A stretch of 64,000 nt of DNA from Malacoraja senta. Taxonomy: Eukaryota. This document shows, in pieces, positions 1 to 13,826 of this stretch; position 1 is the stretch's first letter; each line of letters begins with the position of its first letter. The position numbers and the translations under genes are program-made. The stretch spans positions 682,001-746,000 of the forward strand of contig CM075989.1 in NCBI GenBank assembly GCA_038087875.1, given 5' to 3'. The notes under the pieces were generated by a model. That model did no database searches. It was given only the letters and a program-made list of their open reading frames with translations, and had not been told where the DNA came from.

Positions 1-3000
1 AACTCGAGGGGGACCAATATCCTGGCGGGTAGATTTGCAAAGGCTACTGGGGAGACTTTAAACTAGTATGGTTGGGGGGAGGGACTCAAATTGGGAAAGC
101 TAGCAGTCAGTGTGTGAGGCAGGAGGCAGAGAATGGAAGCACACTGACCCAAAATGTAGGGGAGAGAGAAGAAAAAGACAATAAACAGAATAAGAGAGGG
201 TGGGTTTCTTAAATGTGTATATTTTAATGCTAGGAGCATTGTAAGAAAGGTGGATGAACTTAAAGCCTGGATTGACACCTGGAAGTATGTTGTTGTGGCG
301 ATCAGTGAAACATGGTTGCAGGAGGGCTGTGATTGGAAACTAAATATTCCAGGATTTCGTTGCTTCAGGTGTGATAGAATTGGAGGGGCAAGAGGTGGAG
401 GTGTTGCATTGCTTATCAGGGAAGATATTACAGCAGTGCTTTGGCAGGATAGATTAGAGGGCTCTTCTAGGGAGGCTATTTGGGTGGAACTGAGAAATGG
501 GAAAGGGGTAGCAACACTCATATGGGTGTATTATAGACCGCCAAATGGGGAGCGAGAATTGGAAGAGCAAATATGTAAGGAGATTGCACATATTAGTAGT
601 AAGCACAAGGTAGTGATTGTGGGAGATTTCAATTTTCCACACATAGACTGGGAAACACATTCTGTAAATGGGCTGGATGGGTTGGAGTTTGTAAAATGTG
701 TGCAGGATAGTTTTTGCAGCAATACATAGAAGTACCTACTAGAAGAAGGGGCGGTGCTGGACCTCCTGTTAGGAAACGAGACGGGTCAGGTGGCAGAAGT
801 ATGCGTTGGGGAACAGTTCGGGACCAGTGATCACAATACCATTAGTTTCAATATAATTATGGAGAGGGTCAGAACTGGACCTAGGGTTGAGATTTTTGAT
901 TGGAGAAAGGCTAACTTTGAGGAGATGCGAAAGGATTTAAAAGGAGTAAATTGGGACAGTTTGTTTATGGGAAAGATGTGGAAGAGAAATGGAGGACATT
1001 TAAAGGTGAAATTTTAAGAGTACAGAATCTTTCTGTCCCTGTTCGGTTGAAAGGAAATAGTAAAAATTGGAAAGAGCCATGGTTTTCAAGGGAAATTGGA
1101 CACTTAGTTCGGAAAAAGAGAGAGATCTACAATAATTATAGGCAGCATGGAGTAAATGAGGTGCTTGAGGAGTATAACAAATGTAAAAAGAGTCTTAAGA
1201 AAGAAATTAGAAAGCTAAAAGAAGATATGAGGTTGCTTTGGCAAGTAAGGTGAAAGTAAATCCAAAGGGTTTCTACAGCTATATTAATAGCAAAAGGATA
1301 ACGAGGGATAAAATTGGTCCATTAGAGAGTCAGAGTGGACAGCTATCTGCAGAGCCAAAAAGTGATGGGGAGATATTGAACAATTTCTTTTCTTCGGCAT
1401 TCACCAAGGAGAAGGATATTGAATTATGTGAGGTAAGGGAAACAAGTAGAGTAGCTATGGAAACTATGAGATTCAAAGAAGAGGAAGTACTGACACTTTT
1501 GAGAAATATAAAAGTGGATAAGTCTCCAGGTCCGGACAGGATATTCCCTAGGACATTGACGGAAGTTAGTGTAGAAATAGCAGGGGCTATGACAGAAATA
1601 TTTCAAATGTCATTAGAAACGGCAATAGTGCCGGAGGATTGGCGTACTGCGCATGTTGTTCCATTGTTTAAAAAGGGGTCTAAGAGTAAACCTAGCAATT
1701 ATAGACCTGTTAGTTTGACGTCAGTGGTGGGCAAATTAATGGAAAGGATACTTAGAGATAATATATATAAGCATCTGGATAAACAGGGGCTGATTAGGAA
1801 CAGTCAACATGGATTTGTGCCTGGAAGGTCATGTTTGACTAATCTTCTTGAATTTTTTGAAGAGGTTACTCGGGAAATTGATGAGGGTAAAGCCGTGGAT
1901 GTTGTATATATGGACTTCAGTAAGGCCTTTGACAAGGTTCCTCATGGAAGGTTGGTTAAGAAGGTTCAATGGTTGGGTATTAATGGTGGAGTAGCAAGAT
2001 GGATTCAACAGTAGCTAAATGGGAGATGCAGAGAGTAATGGTGGATGGTTGTTTGTCAGGTTGGAGGCCAGTGACTAGTGGGGTGCCACAGGGATCTGTG
2101 TTGGGTCCACTGTTGTTTGTCATGTACATCAATGATCTGGATGATGGTGTGGTAAATTGGATTAGTAAGTATGCAGATGATACTAAGATAGGTGGGGCTG
2201 TGGATAATGAAGTAGATTTTCAAAGTCTACAGACAGATTTATGCCGGTTGGAAGAGTGGGCTGAAAGATGGCAGATGGAGTTTAATGCTGATAAGTGTGA
2301 GGTGCTACATCTTGGCAGAACAAATCAAAATAGGACGTACATGGTAAATGGTAGGGAATTGAAGAATGCAGGTGAACAGAGGGATCTTGGAATAACTGTG
2401 CACAGTTCCCTGAAAGTGGAATCTCATGTAGATAGGGTGGTAAAGAAAGCTTTTGGTGTGCTGGGTTTTATAAATCAGAGCATTGAGTATAGAAGTTGGG
2501 ATGTAATGTTAAAATTGTACAAGGCATTGGTGAGGCCAATTCTGGAGTATGGTGTACAATTTTGGTCGCCTAATTATAGGAAGGATGTCAACAAAATAGA
2601 GAGAGTACAGAGGAGATTTACTAGAATGTTGCCTGGGTTTCAGCAACTAAGTTACAGAGAAAGGTTGAACAAGTTAGGTCTTTATTCTTTGGAGCGCAGA
2701 AGGTTAAGGGGGGACTTGATAGAGGTCTTTAAAATGATGAGAGGGATAGACAGAGTTGACGTTGATAAGCTTTTCCCACTTAGGGAAGAGTAGGGAAGCT
2801 TTTTCCCACTTAGGGAAGAGTAGGGAAGATTCAAACAAGGGGACATGACTTGAGAATTAAGGGACAGAAGTTTAGGGATAACAATGAGGGGGAACTTCTT
2901 TACTCGGAGAGTGGTGGCTGCGTGGAATGAGCTTCCAGTGAAGGTGGTGGAGGCAGGTTCGTTTTTATCATTTAAAAATAAATTGGATAGTTATATGGAC

Positions 3001-3130
3001 GGGAAAGGAATGGAGGGTTATGGTCTGAGCGCAGGTATATGGGACTAGGGGAGAATACGTGTTCAGCACGGACTAGAAGGGTCGAGATAGCCTGTTTCCA
3101 TGCTGTAATTGTTATATGGTTATATGGTAT
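1..3130 (+). mobile_element. CR1-clade (HER1-like) LINE: ORF1 end plus frameshifted ORF2 (APE endonuclease + RT) and 3' tail
   Basis: ORF fragments show EN motifs (AISETWL, VGDFNFP, SDH) and RT motifs ([32 protein letters not shown]). ORF2 is broken across several frames; the element ends in (TATATGG)n at ~3110-3130. Confidence 0.95.
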
Positions 3131-3149
3131 CACACTATCGCTCAATTAG

Positions 3150-4087
3150 TCTGTGGCTCTGTTTCGTTGCTGCCACTGATAGCAATGGTTATAGAATGCA
3201 CAGAACAAATTAATGAAAGATATACAAAAAAGTAATGGTAATAAAGACAACAGGCTATTGTTACCTGTGTGCTAGGTGAGAACGATTACAGACATTACTT
3301 AGAGTCTACAAGGATGACCACTTCATTGTGGATCTTGGATTTGTTTTCTCTAGAACTTTAATGCTATGACTGAAAGACTATATCCTGAAATGTGTTATTT
3401 TTCTCTTTTCAACAACTGCTGTACTTGTGTACAGTTAAACACAGTGGGTTGCTGAAGGCTACTGTGGACGAGAGGTGGGTCTTTGTGAGAGCAAGTTAAT
3501 GAAACTGTGAACACCGTCACTAATAACCATCTCTTTGCCCTCTGTTCCTGCAACAGATGGGCAGAGGTTACCAGTCATCCCATTGGCTGCTGCAGCAGGG
3601 GTTGTGTTCCTGATCATCCTATCGACTGTGATTTGCTCCATTCTCAAATCGCGATGGAGAACAGACAGGTGGGTGGTTGTCCCCGTCCCTGAGATCCCCT
3701 CCATCCCTCCAACCCAATTCCAGCCGTTCAGTCGTTCACGTTTATTTTCACACAGAGACACAGGGACATTTAAAAATCTTGCTTGCAACAACATCATAGA
3801 CAAACATACAAAAACAAGTTATACTTATAATATTTGAAAAGAAAATATCTCCATAAATGCTGCCTCACCCGCTGAATTCCTCCAGCATTTTTGTCTACCT
3901 TTGATTTTTCCAGCATCTGCAGTTCTTTCTTAAACATGCAAAAAATATATCATTGCAAAAACATAAATGAAAAATAAAAATAAAACTATTCCATGGTCGT
4001 GCATGAGATGGTCCGTAGTGTTCTGTTGAAAGGCTTATCTGCTGTAGCTTTACAGGCCAATTAACAAAATAACGCAAATGCATATAT
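3150..4087 (+). repeat. Segmental duplicate of 27776-28947 (Siglec TM exon and flanking introns)
   Basis: Co-linear high identity from gtctgtggctct to aaatgcatatat; the copies differ by indels near 27935-28110 and 28818-28887. Confidence 0.95.
3557..3668 (+). CDS. Transmembrane exon of an upstream Siglec-like paralog (partial gene)
   Basis: caacag|ATGG acceptor and AG|gtgggt donor; 112 bp like 28347-28458, with 6 nt differences; encodes GQRLPVIPLAAAAGVVFLIILSTVICSILKSRWRTD. Confidence 0.85.
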
Positions 4088-7029
4088 CTATCTATCTATC
4101 TATCTTCTATCTATCTATCTATCTAGTTATTATATAAAACTCTCTGGCTGTCATCCGTCTGTACGTCTGTACGTCTGTACGTCCAACGTTCTGCTTGACG
4201 TCCCGCCTTTGATACCACCCCGCGCCCGCGCGGCGCGCAGAAACGCCGATATTTTTTACCCTTTCTAAAGAGGTTACGTTTATCTTTACGAATAGACGAT
4301 CCTGATTAAATTTGTTCGTGTTTATGTACGCTTTTTAAAATAAAATACCTCTCCCCCCCCCAAACCAAACATTTCAAAATGTTTAAAAAAACAGCTCAGC
4401 CGTAGAATGTTAGTAAAGATTCCGTTGTGTGATGTCACAATGCACAATGGTCACAGATGTCCAATCGGAATGGATCCATTTACATATGCCTTTGCGGCAG
4501 CCCCAGCCCCAGCCCCTCCCCCCGAACCCCCGCAGCATTGGGCATTGTGACATCACAAAACGGAACCTTCATTTACATTCTATTGCTGAGAGCTGTTTGT
4601 TTAACATTTTGAAATGTCCCATTCCCTATCACCCCCACACAGGCGGCGACGCCCGGCGACACGTGTGACAAATCGAAATGAATCCGTTTACATATGCCTT
4701 GGCAGCAGCCCCAGACCCAGCCCCTCCCCCCAACCCCACAGCCTGTGATTACGTTTATCTTTACGAATAGACAACCCTGATTAAATTTGGTCATTTTTAT
4801 GTAACTTGTAAATAAATACTTCTCCCCCCCCCCACCCCCAAACATTTCAAAATGATTAAAAAACAGCTCAGCCATAGAATGTTAGTAAAGATTCCGTTGT
4901 GTGATGTCACAATGCCCGATGCTAACAGATGTCCATATGGGAATGGATTCATTTAGATATGCCTTGGCAGCAGCCCCAGCCCCAGCCCCCCCCCCCCACC
5001 CCCGCAGCCTGTGTCACGTGTGTGGCAATAGAGAAAGAGGATTGGGGGTGATAGGGAATGGGTAACAGATGGACTGTCCCTACCCCTCCTACTTCAACTC
5101 TCCCTCCCCACTCTTTCCCCTCTCCCCTCTCTCCCTCCCTCCCCTCCCACACCCTCTCTTCCCCCTCCACCATCCCTCTTCACCCCCATCTCCCCCCTAC
5201 CACCCCTTCCCCTCTCTCTTGCACCACTCCCCACTACCCCTCTGCCCCTCACTCACCACTCTTCCCCTCCCCTCCCACCTCTATCCTTCCCCCCTCCCTC
5301 TTTCTACTCCTCTCCCCTTCCCCTCATCCCCTCTCTCCACCTCTAACATCCCCTCCCCCCGCCCCCCTTCCTGCCCCTCCCCGCTCTCCTCCCACTCCCC
5401 ACTCTCCTCCCCATCCCTCTCCCCCACCTGCTCTCTTCTCCCTCACCAATCTCTCCCTTTTCCTCCTCCCCCTCTCTCCTCCCTCCCCTCCCTCCCCTCT
5501 TCTCTCCCCACCCCGTCTCCCTCTCCCACCTCCCCCCCTCTTCTCTCCCAACCCCGTCGCCACCCTCCACCCTCCCCCACACCTCTCTACCCTTCTCCTC
5601 GCCTTACCCACCCCTCTCTCCCCCCCCTCTCCATCCCCTTCTCCCACCCCTCTCCCTCTCATCCCCTCCTCCTCCCACCCCATTACTCTCTCCCACATCC
5701 CCCTTCCCTCTCTCACCCCGTCCCCTTCCCCCTACCCCGCTATCCCTCTTCAACCACTCCCCCTACACCTCCTCCCCTCCCTCTCCCACTTCCACCACTC
5801 CCCCTACACCTCTCCATCTCCCTCCCATTCTTCCACTTCTCCCAAACCCATCCCCATCTCCCTCCACAACCCCCTCCCCCACCCCTCTCCCCCCTCCTCT
5901 CTCACTCCCCACTCTTCCACTCTCCCTCCCCCACCTCTATCCCTCCCCCCTCCTTCTCTCCCTCTCTTCCCCCACTCCTCTCCCCTTCCCCTCATCCCCT
6001 CTCTCCACCTCTAACATCCCCTCCCCCCCTCTCCTCCCTTCCTTCCCTCCCCGCTCTCCTACCACTCTCCTCCCCCTCCCTCTCCCCCACCCTGCTCTCT
6101 TCTCCCTCACCAATTTCTCCCCTTTCCTCCTCCCCCTCTCCCCTCCCTCCCCCTCTCCTCTTCTCTCCCCACCCCATCTCCCTCTCCCCTCTTCTCTCCC
6201 CACCCCGTCTTCCTCTCCCCCTCCCCCGCCTGTGTTTGGGGGGTGGTTAGTGTGAGTGTGATGCCGCAGCCCCCCCCCCTCCCGCAAATGCGCGTTGGGA
6301 AAACAGCCCGCCAACAGTCTCTCTGTCTTTAAGACAGAACTGCAGATGCTTGAAAATCAAAGGTACACAAAAAAAATGCTTCATAACCTCAGCGGATGCA
6401 GCAGCATCTATGTATCAAAAGAAATAGACAACGTTTCGTGAAAACCCGTCTGAGGATGGGTTTCCGCCAAAAGCATTGCCTATTCCTTCACTCCATAGAT
6501 GCTGCTGCACCCGCAGTGTTTCTCGAGTTTTATTGTGTGTACCAGTCTATCTGTCTCTCCCCTCTCTCTCTCTCTCTGCCCTTCTCTCTTCACAGCCCGC
6601 GACTCAACTCATGCACGCCTGCTCCAACCCACCCCCTTCACCTCTCTCCCCATCCTCTTCTTCCTCTCTCCACCCCTCTCCTCTCTCAACCTCCTCTCTC
6701 CCCACCTTCCTCACCCTCCATCCTCTCAACCCTCTTCCTCCCCCCACCTCACAATTTTTTTTTCTAACATTAAATTTTCTCTCTCTGCACCACCCCCCCT
6801 CGAGACGTACCTGAGAGGTGAGGGCTATTCGTCAGTGGATAGGGTGGAGATGGAATAAAAGAAGAAAATTAAAATATTAATATAATATCAAGGGGTGTGA
6901 TGAGTGTGTGTGTTTGTGGGTGCCAGATTCACACCCCGCAACCCTGCTTTGGAGGTACAGACCCAACGGGTGGTTAGTGTGGACGTCACAGCCCCCCCGC
7001 CCCAAACGCACGTTCGGTGTCCAGAACCC
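4087..7029 (+). mobile_element. Non-autonomous Helitron-like element, 3' end running into the gap
   Basis: Begins TC at an A|T site where homology to the paralog ends (catata|t). 5' end is (TATC)n, tatataaaactc, (CTGTACGT)n. 6240-6310 and 6960-7029 resemble the subterminal sequence of the hairpin-CTAG end at 54080-54215. Confidence 0.6.
5080..6230. repeat. C/T-rich low-complexity polypyrimidine tract
   Basis: Almost purely C/T with degenerate internal repeats; the Pro/Ser and Gly/Glu ORFs are compositional artefacts. Confidence 0.95.
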
Positions 7030-7229
7030 NNNNNNNNNNNNNNNNNNNNNNNNNNNNNNNNNNNNNNNNNNNNNNNNNNNNNNNNNNNNNNNNNNNNNNN
7101 NNNNNNNNNNNNNNNNNNNNNNNNNNNNNNNNNNNNNNNNNNNNNNNNNNNNNNNNNNNNNNNNNNNNNNNNNNNNNNNNNNNNNNNNNNNNNNNNNNNN
7201 NNNNNNNNNNNNNNNNNNNNNNNNNNNNN
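7030..7229. other. Assembly gap (200 N)
   Basis: Run of exactly 200 N, probably a fixed-size placeholder. Confidence 0.99.
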
Positions 7230-7769
7230 ACATCCACTGCTGGGAGGTTCCGAATCGGCCGCCTCCAACCGGAGACCGGGGCTTCATGATGTTATAGGCC
7301 GCGAGCCGGCGGTCGGAGCTTTTCTCCGGCGAGGAATCCCAGACTCCGCGAGGGAAAGTGCACGCTAGCCCCGCGACTAGAAGTTCCACACACCGCGGCT
7401 TCAGGGTGTTATAGTCCGCGGGCCAGCGATCAGAGCAATTCTGCTGGCGACCCCCCGCTACAGGAAGAGATGGGGCAGGCCTCAAGACAGAAAGTTATAA
7501 TTGTTTTCTTACCTTTCGTCTTTAGTGTGGAACCTGAAGAAAGACTGCTATAAAGTGCTCGAATCGCTTACATTGGCGATTCGAGCACTATAGCAGAATG
7601 GCTCGCTACGCTGCTAGATGTGGACGCCATGACAGAAGCCCATTAAAAAAAAAACCCTCATATATTCGATTCCCAAAATGGCGCGAATAAAAATACCCAT
7701 GATCCCATGACCGTACTACGTCTTTTTCGTCGAGTGGTTTATCTTGCTCCTCTAGTATCTTTGGGTATG

Positions 7770-8301
7770 AGTGTGTGGGGGAGGGGGTGTATGGGGTTGA
7801 GGAGGAGGGTACCGGGGGAAGGGTGAAGGAGGTGTGTGTGGTGAGGAGCGTGAGGGGGAAGGGGGGAGTGCGGGGGGGAGGGGGGGTGGGTCTCCACTCA
7901 GCGACCACCGGCCACGGCTCCACACAGCACCTCCCGACTCCACACAGCAGCTTTCCTGACTCTACACAGTGGCTTTCCCAACTTCACACAGCGGCTTTCC
8001 CGACACCACTCTTGCGGTCTCAATTAGCACAGCTTGTTTACTCAGCCCCACCTCCAGGTCTTTATTCTCTCACCGGGCGCCAGAAGGGCGTTACTTTCAT
8101 GGTGACTGACAGGCGTGAAGACCAATCTGCTGATCTCACTATTTTTTAAACCTTCGTAATTTTTCTCATTTTTCACCAATGGTGTCTTGGAGTAGAGGAG
8201 ATCATTGTGGCGAAAAATCCTAGCGATATAGGGTAGCGTTTTTGCGCAATTTAATTACAACGCAGACCGGAAGTGGTCAAGATGAGAGTTTTAGTAATAG
8301 T

Positions 8302-8306
<5 letters not shown>
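7770..8306 (-). mobile_element. 5' portion of a Helitron-like non-autonomous element
   Basis: Minus strand begins TCTATACTATTACTAAAACTCTCATCTTGACCACTTCC; similar to 54630-54720 (+) and 39000-39115 (-). Confidence 0.55.
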
Positions 8307-8532
<226 letters not shown>

Positions 8533-8660
8533 GAGGCAGAGATAGGGTAGACAGTCAGAACCTTTTTTTCCAGGATGGAAATGTCAAAGACAAAAGGGCA
8601 TAAAGTTAAGGTGAGAGAGGCAATGTTTACTAGAGATGTGAAGGGAAATAATTTTTAATG

Positions 8661-8882
8661 ATTAAGAAGGAACTGCAGATGCTGGAAAATCGAAGGAACA
8701 CAAAAATGCTGGAGAAACTCAGCAGGGTGCAGCAGCATCTATGGAGCAAAGGAGATAGGCAACGTTTCAGGCTGAAACCCTTCTTCAGACTGGAGAAGGG
8801 TTTCGGCCCGAAACGTTACCTATCTCCTTCGCTCCATAAATGCTGCTGCACCCACTGAGGTTCTCCAGCATTTTTGTGTTCC
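8661..8882. mobile_element. Penelope-derived palindromic short element inserted in an old CR1 3' fragment
   Basis: 15-bp TSD aaataatttttaatg (8646-8660 / 8883-8897); ~94-bp inverted arms centred at 8789; CTGAAGA...GAAAC hammerhead-like core. Confidence 0.8.
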
Positions 8883-9779
8883 AAATAATTTTTAATGGTG
8901 GGGGGCTGAAATGTGGTACCAGGGGTGGTGATAGTGTCAGATACAACAGTGGTGTTGAACGGCTTTAAATACATACATGGATATGCAGGAAATGGAGAGA
9001 TATAGATCATGTACAGGCAGAGGAGATTACTTTAACTTAGCATCACGTTGGCATAATCACTGGGCCAAAGGGCCTGTTTCTATGTTGTACTGTTCTATGC
9101 TTTATGAAGCAAAATCCATTTTGGTCTTCCTGAAATGGATTTACTTTGCAACTTAAAAGCAGTGCAAAGTCAAAATAGATTTTCATGTGGGGAGGATGTT
9201 TGTCTCAGAATAAGAAGTTTAAACTGGAATTAAGATTTTTCATGCAGAGTAAATTAAAGCTGTGGAAGGTCAGTTATGGAGTTCATTTAAAACAGGATTA
9301 ATATATTTCTGGACATTCGACTAATCAAGAGAGTGGAAGAATATGTGAGTAAAGAATTTGCCACAACGTTGAAGAATGGCAGAGCAAGCTCCAAGGGACA
9401 AATAGCCTCCTGTTATTTCTCGTATCACTTATGTTCATGTTTCTGACCAGCTTGTAATATTAATATTCTGTCCTCCACAGATGTTGCCTGACTTGCTGAT
9501 TATTTCCTGCATTGTCAATTTTGATTCAGAATACCAGCATCTGCAACTTTTTGGCTTTTACTCAATGAAGCACGATATTCCTGTTTTGCTTATTGTGTTG
9601 AGGGTACACACAGTTTAAAGAATGTTCTTGGTGTTATAAAACAGCCTCTGGGATCATCTCTCAAATGACCTCCTGAATGGATTGTCTTAACACCATCTTT
9701 CCATTCACACATCAGACCTATTCTGAACTGAGCCTTGACTCAGTTTGTTTTCTGTTTCCCAACACCCTCTCAACATCTT

Positions 9780-10045
9780 CCAACCCCTTCACCCCTCTCT
9801 ATCTCTGTAAACTCCTCCAACCCCTTCACCCCTCTATCTCTGTAAACCCCTCCAACTATACACCCCTCTATCTCTGTAAACCCCTCTAACCCCTACACAC
9901 CTCTCTATCTCTGTATACCCATATTTATATTTCTTAACCCCTCCAACCCCTACACCTATCCATGTCTCTGTAAATACCTCCAAGCCCTATACCCCTCCCT
10001 GTCGCTGTAACCCACTCGGGCCCCTACACCCCTCCCTGTCCTTGT
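9780..10045. repeat. ~35-bp minisatellite (aaacccctccaacccctacacccctctatctctgt)
   Basis: About 7 degenerate tandem units. Confidence 0.85.
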
Positions 10046-10617
10046 AGGACTTCCAGCTTTTTGTGTCTATCTTCTGTTTAAACCAGCATCTACAGTTCCT
10101 TCTTACACACCTGTTGTGAAGTGCTGACCCCATCCAGCTCATCCATCACCAGCGCATCACTAGCAGACGTGATCATGCTCTGTGAGTAGACACAAAATGC
10201 TTGAGTAACTCAGCGGGACAGGCAGTATCTCTGGAGAGACGGAACAGGTTGAGAAAGATTAAGGGTTGAAAAGTTACAAAATGGATTCAGCTGTAGAATT
10301 AGAAGCAAGAAAGGCTTTCACCTTTCTCCTATTACACTAGCAAGGCTAACAAAGGTGTTTGCGCTATTCTTCCATAACACTAGCGAGATAACAGGACTAT
10401 ACTTGAATGTTTATAACAAAGACCAAAACAATTAAGGGAATGTTCAGGCTCTTGGCCCTTATACTTGATCTATAAGATTATAATGTGTGTTAATAAAGTA
10501 AAAAAAACAAATGCTTGATCTGCAGAAAAATAGCCTTCTCCATCATGACCATATATGGGCTACCCCTTCCTCTCTCAGAAGAACCTGGCAATCTTAACAA
10601 GCAAGAGGTTGTACAAT

Positions 10618-10711
10618 TGAAGAAGGGTTTCGGCCTGAAACGTTGCTTATTTCCTTCGCTCCATAGATGCTGCTGCACCCGCTGAGTTTCTCCAGCATTT
10701 TTGTGTACCTT
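10618..10711 (+). mobile_element. Penelope-derived short insertion
   Basis: 14-bp TSD agaggttgtacaat (10604-10617 / 10712-10725); same sequence as one arm of 8661-8882. Confidence 0.85.
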
Positions 10712-10944
10712 AGAGGTTGTACAATGCTCTGTGAGATAAAGTATTGCTGAATCGCTGATTATTGGGGTCTAAATATATCTGATTGAACATTACCCTTTTG
10801 TGTGGGGATAGAGTGAACCTATAGTCTGTATATTACATACTGTAAGAGTTTGCTGCCTCACCCGCCTGATGAAATAAAGATTTTACTACTTGATTACTAA
10901 TGTTATTGCGTTTTTGTCTGTTTGAAGTGAAACGAACCACAACA

Positions 10945-12090
10945 ATGTTTCCGGTCGAGACCTTTCTTCGGTGGTTAGGGATATGGGAAATGGGAGATAT
11001 AGACGGTGATGTAGAAGATAAAGAACAGTGAATGAAAGATATGCAAAAAAGTAATGATGGTAGAGGAAACAAGCCACTGTTAGTGGTTTGTCGGATGAAA
11101 ATTAGAAGCTCGTGCGACTTTGGTGGGTGTGCGATAGAGAGAGAGGGAATGCCGGGGCTACTGGAAATGAGAGAAATTAATAATCATACCACTAGGCTGT
11201 AAGTTGCCCAAGTGCAATATGAGATGATGTTCCTCCAATTTGCATTGAGCCTCACACTGATAATGGAGGTGACCTCGGACAGAAAGGTCTGTGTAGGAAT
11301 GGGAAGGAGAATTAAAGTGTCCAGCAACTGGGAGATCAGGTTGGTTAAGGCGGGCTGAGCAAAGGTGTTACATGAAACGTTTGCCCAGTCTGCATTTTGT
11401 CTCGCCGATGTATAAGAGTCCACATCTTGAACAATGGATACAGTAGATGAGGTTGGAGGAGGTGCAAATGAACCTCTGCCTAACCTGAAAGGACTGTTGG
11501 GGTCCCTAGACGGAGTCGAGGGAGGAGGTATAGCGACAGGTGTTTCAGCTTCTGTAGCTGCAGAGGAAGGTACCTGGAGAGGGAGTGGTTTGGGTGGGAT
11601 GGGATGAGTTAACCAGGGAGTTGTGGAGGGAACAGTCTCTGCGGAAGGCGGAAAGGGGTGGAGATGGGATTATGTGGCTAGTGGTGGGATCCCGTTGGAG
11701 GTGGGGGAAATTTCGGAAGATTATGTGATGTTTGTGACGGCTGATGGGGTGGACGTTAAGGACTGGGGAGGACTGTCTCTGGTGTGACCAGGGGGGAGGG
11801 GGAGCAAGGGTGGAGCTGCGCGGTACTGACGAGACACAAGTGAGGCCATCATCTATGATGGGAGAGGGGAAGCCCCATTCACTAAAGAATGAGGACATCT
11901 CGGATGTCCTAGTGTGGAACACCTCATCTTTGGCGCAGATGCGTCATAGACGGAGGAATTGGGTGTCGGGGATAGAGTCTTTGCAGGAAGGAGGGAGGGA
12001 AGAAATGTAGTCAAGATAATTGTGGGAGTCAGTGGGTTTGTAATAAATGTCAGTCAATAGTCTATTTCCTGTGATGGTGACAGTGAGATC
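10945..12090 (-). mobile_element. Penelope-like element, 5'-truncated: RT C-terminus + GIY-YIG endonuclease
   Basis: Minus strand reads LDLTVTITGNRLLTDIYYKPTDSHNYLDY and SNLIYCIHCSRCGLLYIGETKCRLGKRF; frameshifted; a pLTR-like end lies near 10950. Confidence 0.9.
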
Positions 12091-12282
12091 AAGCATGGAC
12101 TGTGGTTCTCTGCAGGGTTCTGACTGTGAGATGCTGCTTATCACAGCTGACAATATCTGGAATGATTCAGGTCTGGATGGTGTCGGTCATGCCAGCAATT
12201 ATTGCCCATTAGGAGCAGGGAGCCACCCTGGATGCACTCTGTACCCTGTTAAAGACAACTTTAGTACACAACACATGCAAGC

Positions 12283-13826
12283 CTGATGGTTTTCATCCCA
12301 GGGTACTTAAGTAGGAGGCTCTAGAAATCGTGGACGCATTGGTGATCATTTTCCAATGTTCTACCGATTCAGGACCAGTTCCTGTGGATTGGAGGGTAGC
12401 TAATGTTATCGCACTTTTTAAGAAAGGCGGGAGAGAGAAAACAGGGAATTATAGACCAGTTAGCCTGACATCTGTAGTGGTGAAGATGCTGGAGTCAATT
12501 ATAAAAGATGAAATCGTAAAGATGAAAAAGCAGTAACCGGATCGGTCCGAGTCAGCATGGATTTACAAAGGGGAAATCATGCTTGACTAATCTTCTGGAA
12601 TTATTTTAGGATGTAACGAGGAAAATGTACAAGGGAGAGCCAATGGATGTAGTGTACCTGGACTTTCAGAAAGCATTTGATAAGGTCCCACATAGGAGAT
12701 TAGTGGGCAAAATTAGGGTACATGGTATTGGGGGTAGAATGCTGACATGGATAGAAAATTGGTTGGCAGACAGGAAACAAAGAGTAGGGATTAACGGGTC
12801 CCTTTCAGAATGGCAGGCAGTGACTTGTGGGGTACCGCAAGGCTCGGTGCTGGGACCACAGCTATTTACAATATATATCAAAGATTTAGATGAAGGGATT
12901 CAATGTAACATTAGCAAATTTGCAGATGACGCAATGCTGGGTGGCAGTGTGAACTGTAAGGAGGATGCTATGAGAATGCTATGTGACTTGGACATGTTGG
13001 GTGAATGGGCAAATGCATGGCAGATGCAGTTTAATGTGGATAAATATGCGGATATCCAGTTTGGTAGCAAAAACAGGAAGGCAGATTACTATATACATGG
13101 TGTCAAGTTGGGAAAAGGGGAAGTACAAAGGGATCTGGGGGTCCTTGTTCATCAGTCAATGAAAGTAAGCATGCAGGTACAGCAGGCAGTGAAGAAAGCA
13201 AATGGCAGGTTAGCCTTTATAACAAGAGGATTTGAGTATAGGAGCAAAGAGGTCCTTCTGCAGTTGTATAGGGCCCTAGTGAGACCACACCTGGAGGATT
13301 GTGTGCAGTTTTGGCCCTCTAATTTGAGGAAGGACATTCTTGCTATTGAGGGAGTGCAGGGTAGGTTTACAAGGTTAATTCCCGGGACGGCGGGACTGTC
13401 ATATGCTGAGAGAATGGAGCTGCTGGGCTTGTATACTCGGGAGTTTTGAAGGATGAGAGGGGATCTTATTGAATCATATAAGATTATTAAGGGATTGTCA
13501 CGCTAGAGGCAGGAAAACATGTTCCCGATGTTGGGGGTGACCAGAACACAGGGCCACAGTTTAAGAATAAGGGGTAAACCATTTAGAATGGAGATGAGGA
13601 AACACTTTTTCTCACAGAGAGTTGTGAGTCTGTGGAATACTCAGCCTCAGGCCGGTTCTCTGGATATTTTCAAGAGAGAGCTGGGCTCTGAAAGGTTATG
13701 GAGTCAGGGGATATGGGGAGAAGGCAGGAAGAGTACAGATTGGGATGATCAGCCATGATCACATTGAATGGAGGTGCTGGCTCGAAGGGCCGAATGACCT
13801 ACTCTTGCACCTATTATCTATTGTCA
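12283..13826 (+). mobile_element. CR1 LINE, 5'-truncated RT + 3' UTR
   Basis: [19 protein letters not shown] and FADD motifs; ctattgt tail. Confidence 0.93.

Noticed and set aside
2767..2828. 30-bp tandem duplication in CR1 ORF2
   Set aside because: Local slippage in a dead copy; no evident function.
5058..6250. 318-393 aa Pro/Ser-rich extensin-like ORFs
   Set aside because: Stop-free by composition in a C/T low-complexity tract.
6877..7485. ORFs spanning the N run
   Set aside because: Artefacts of the gap.
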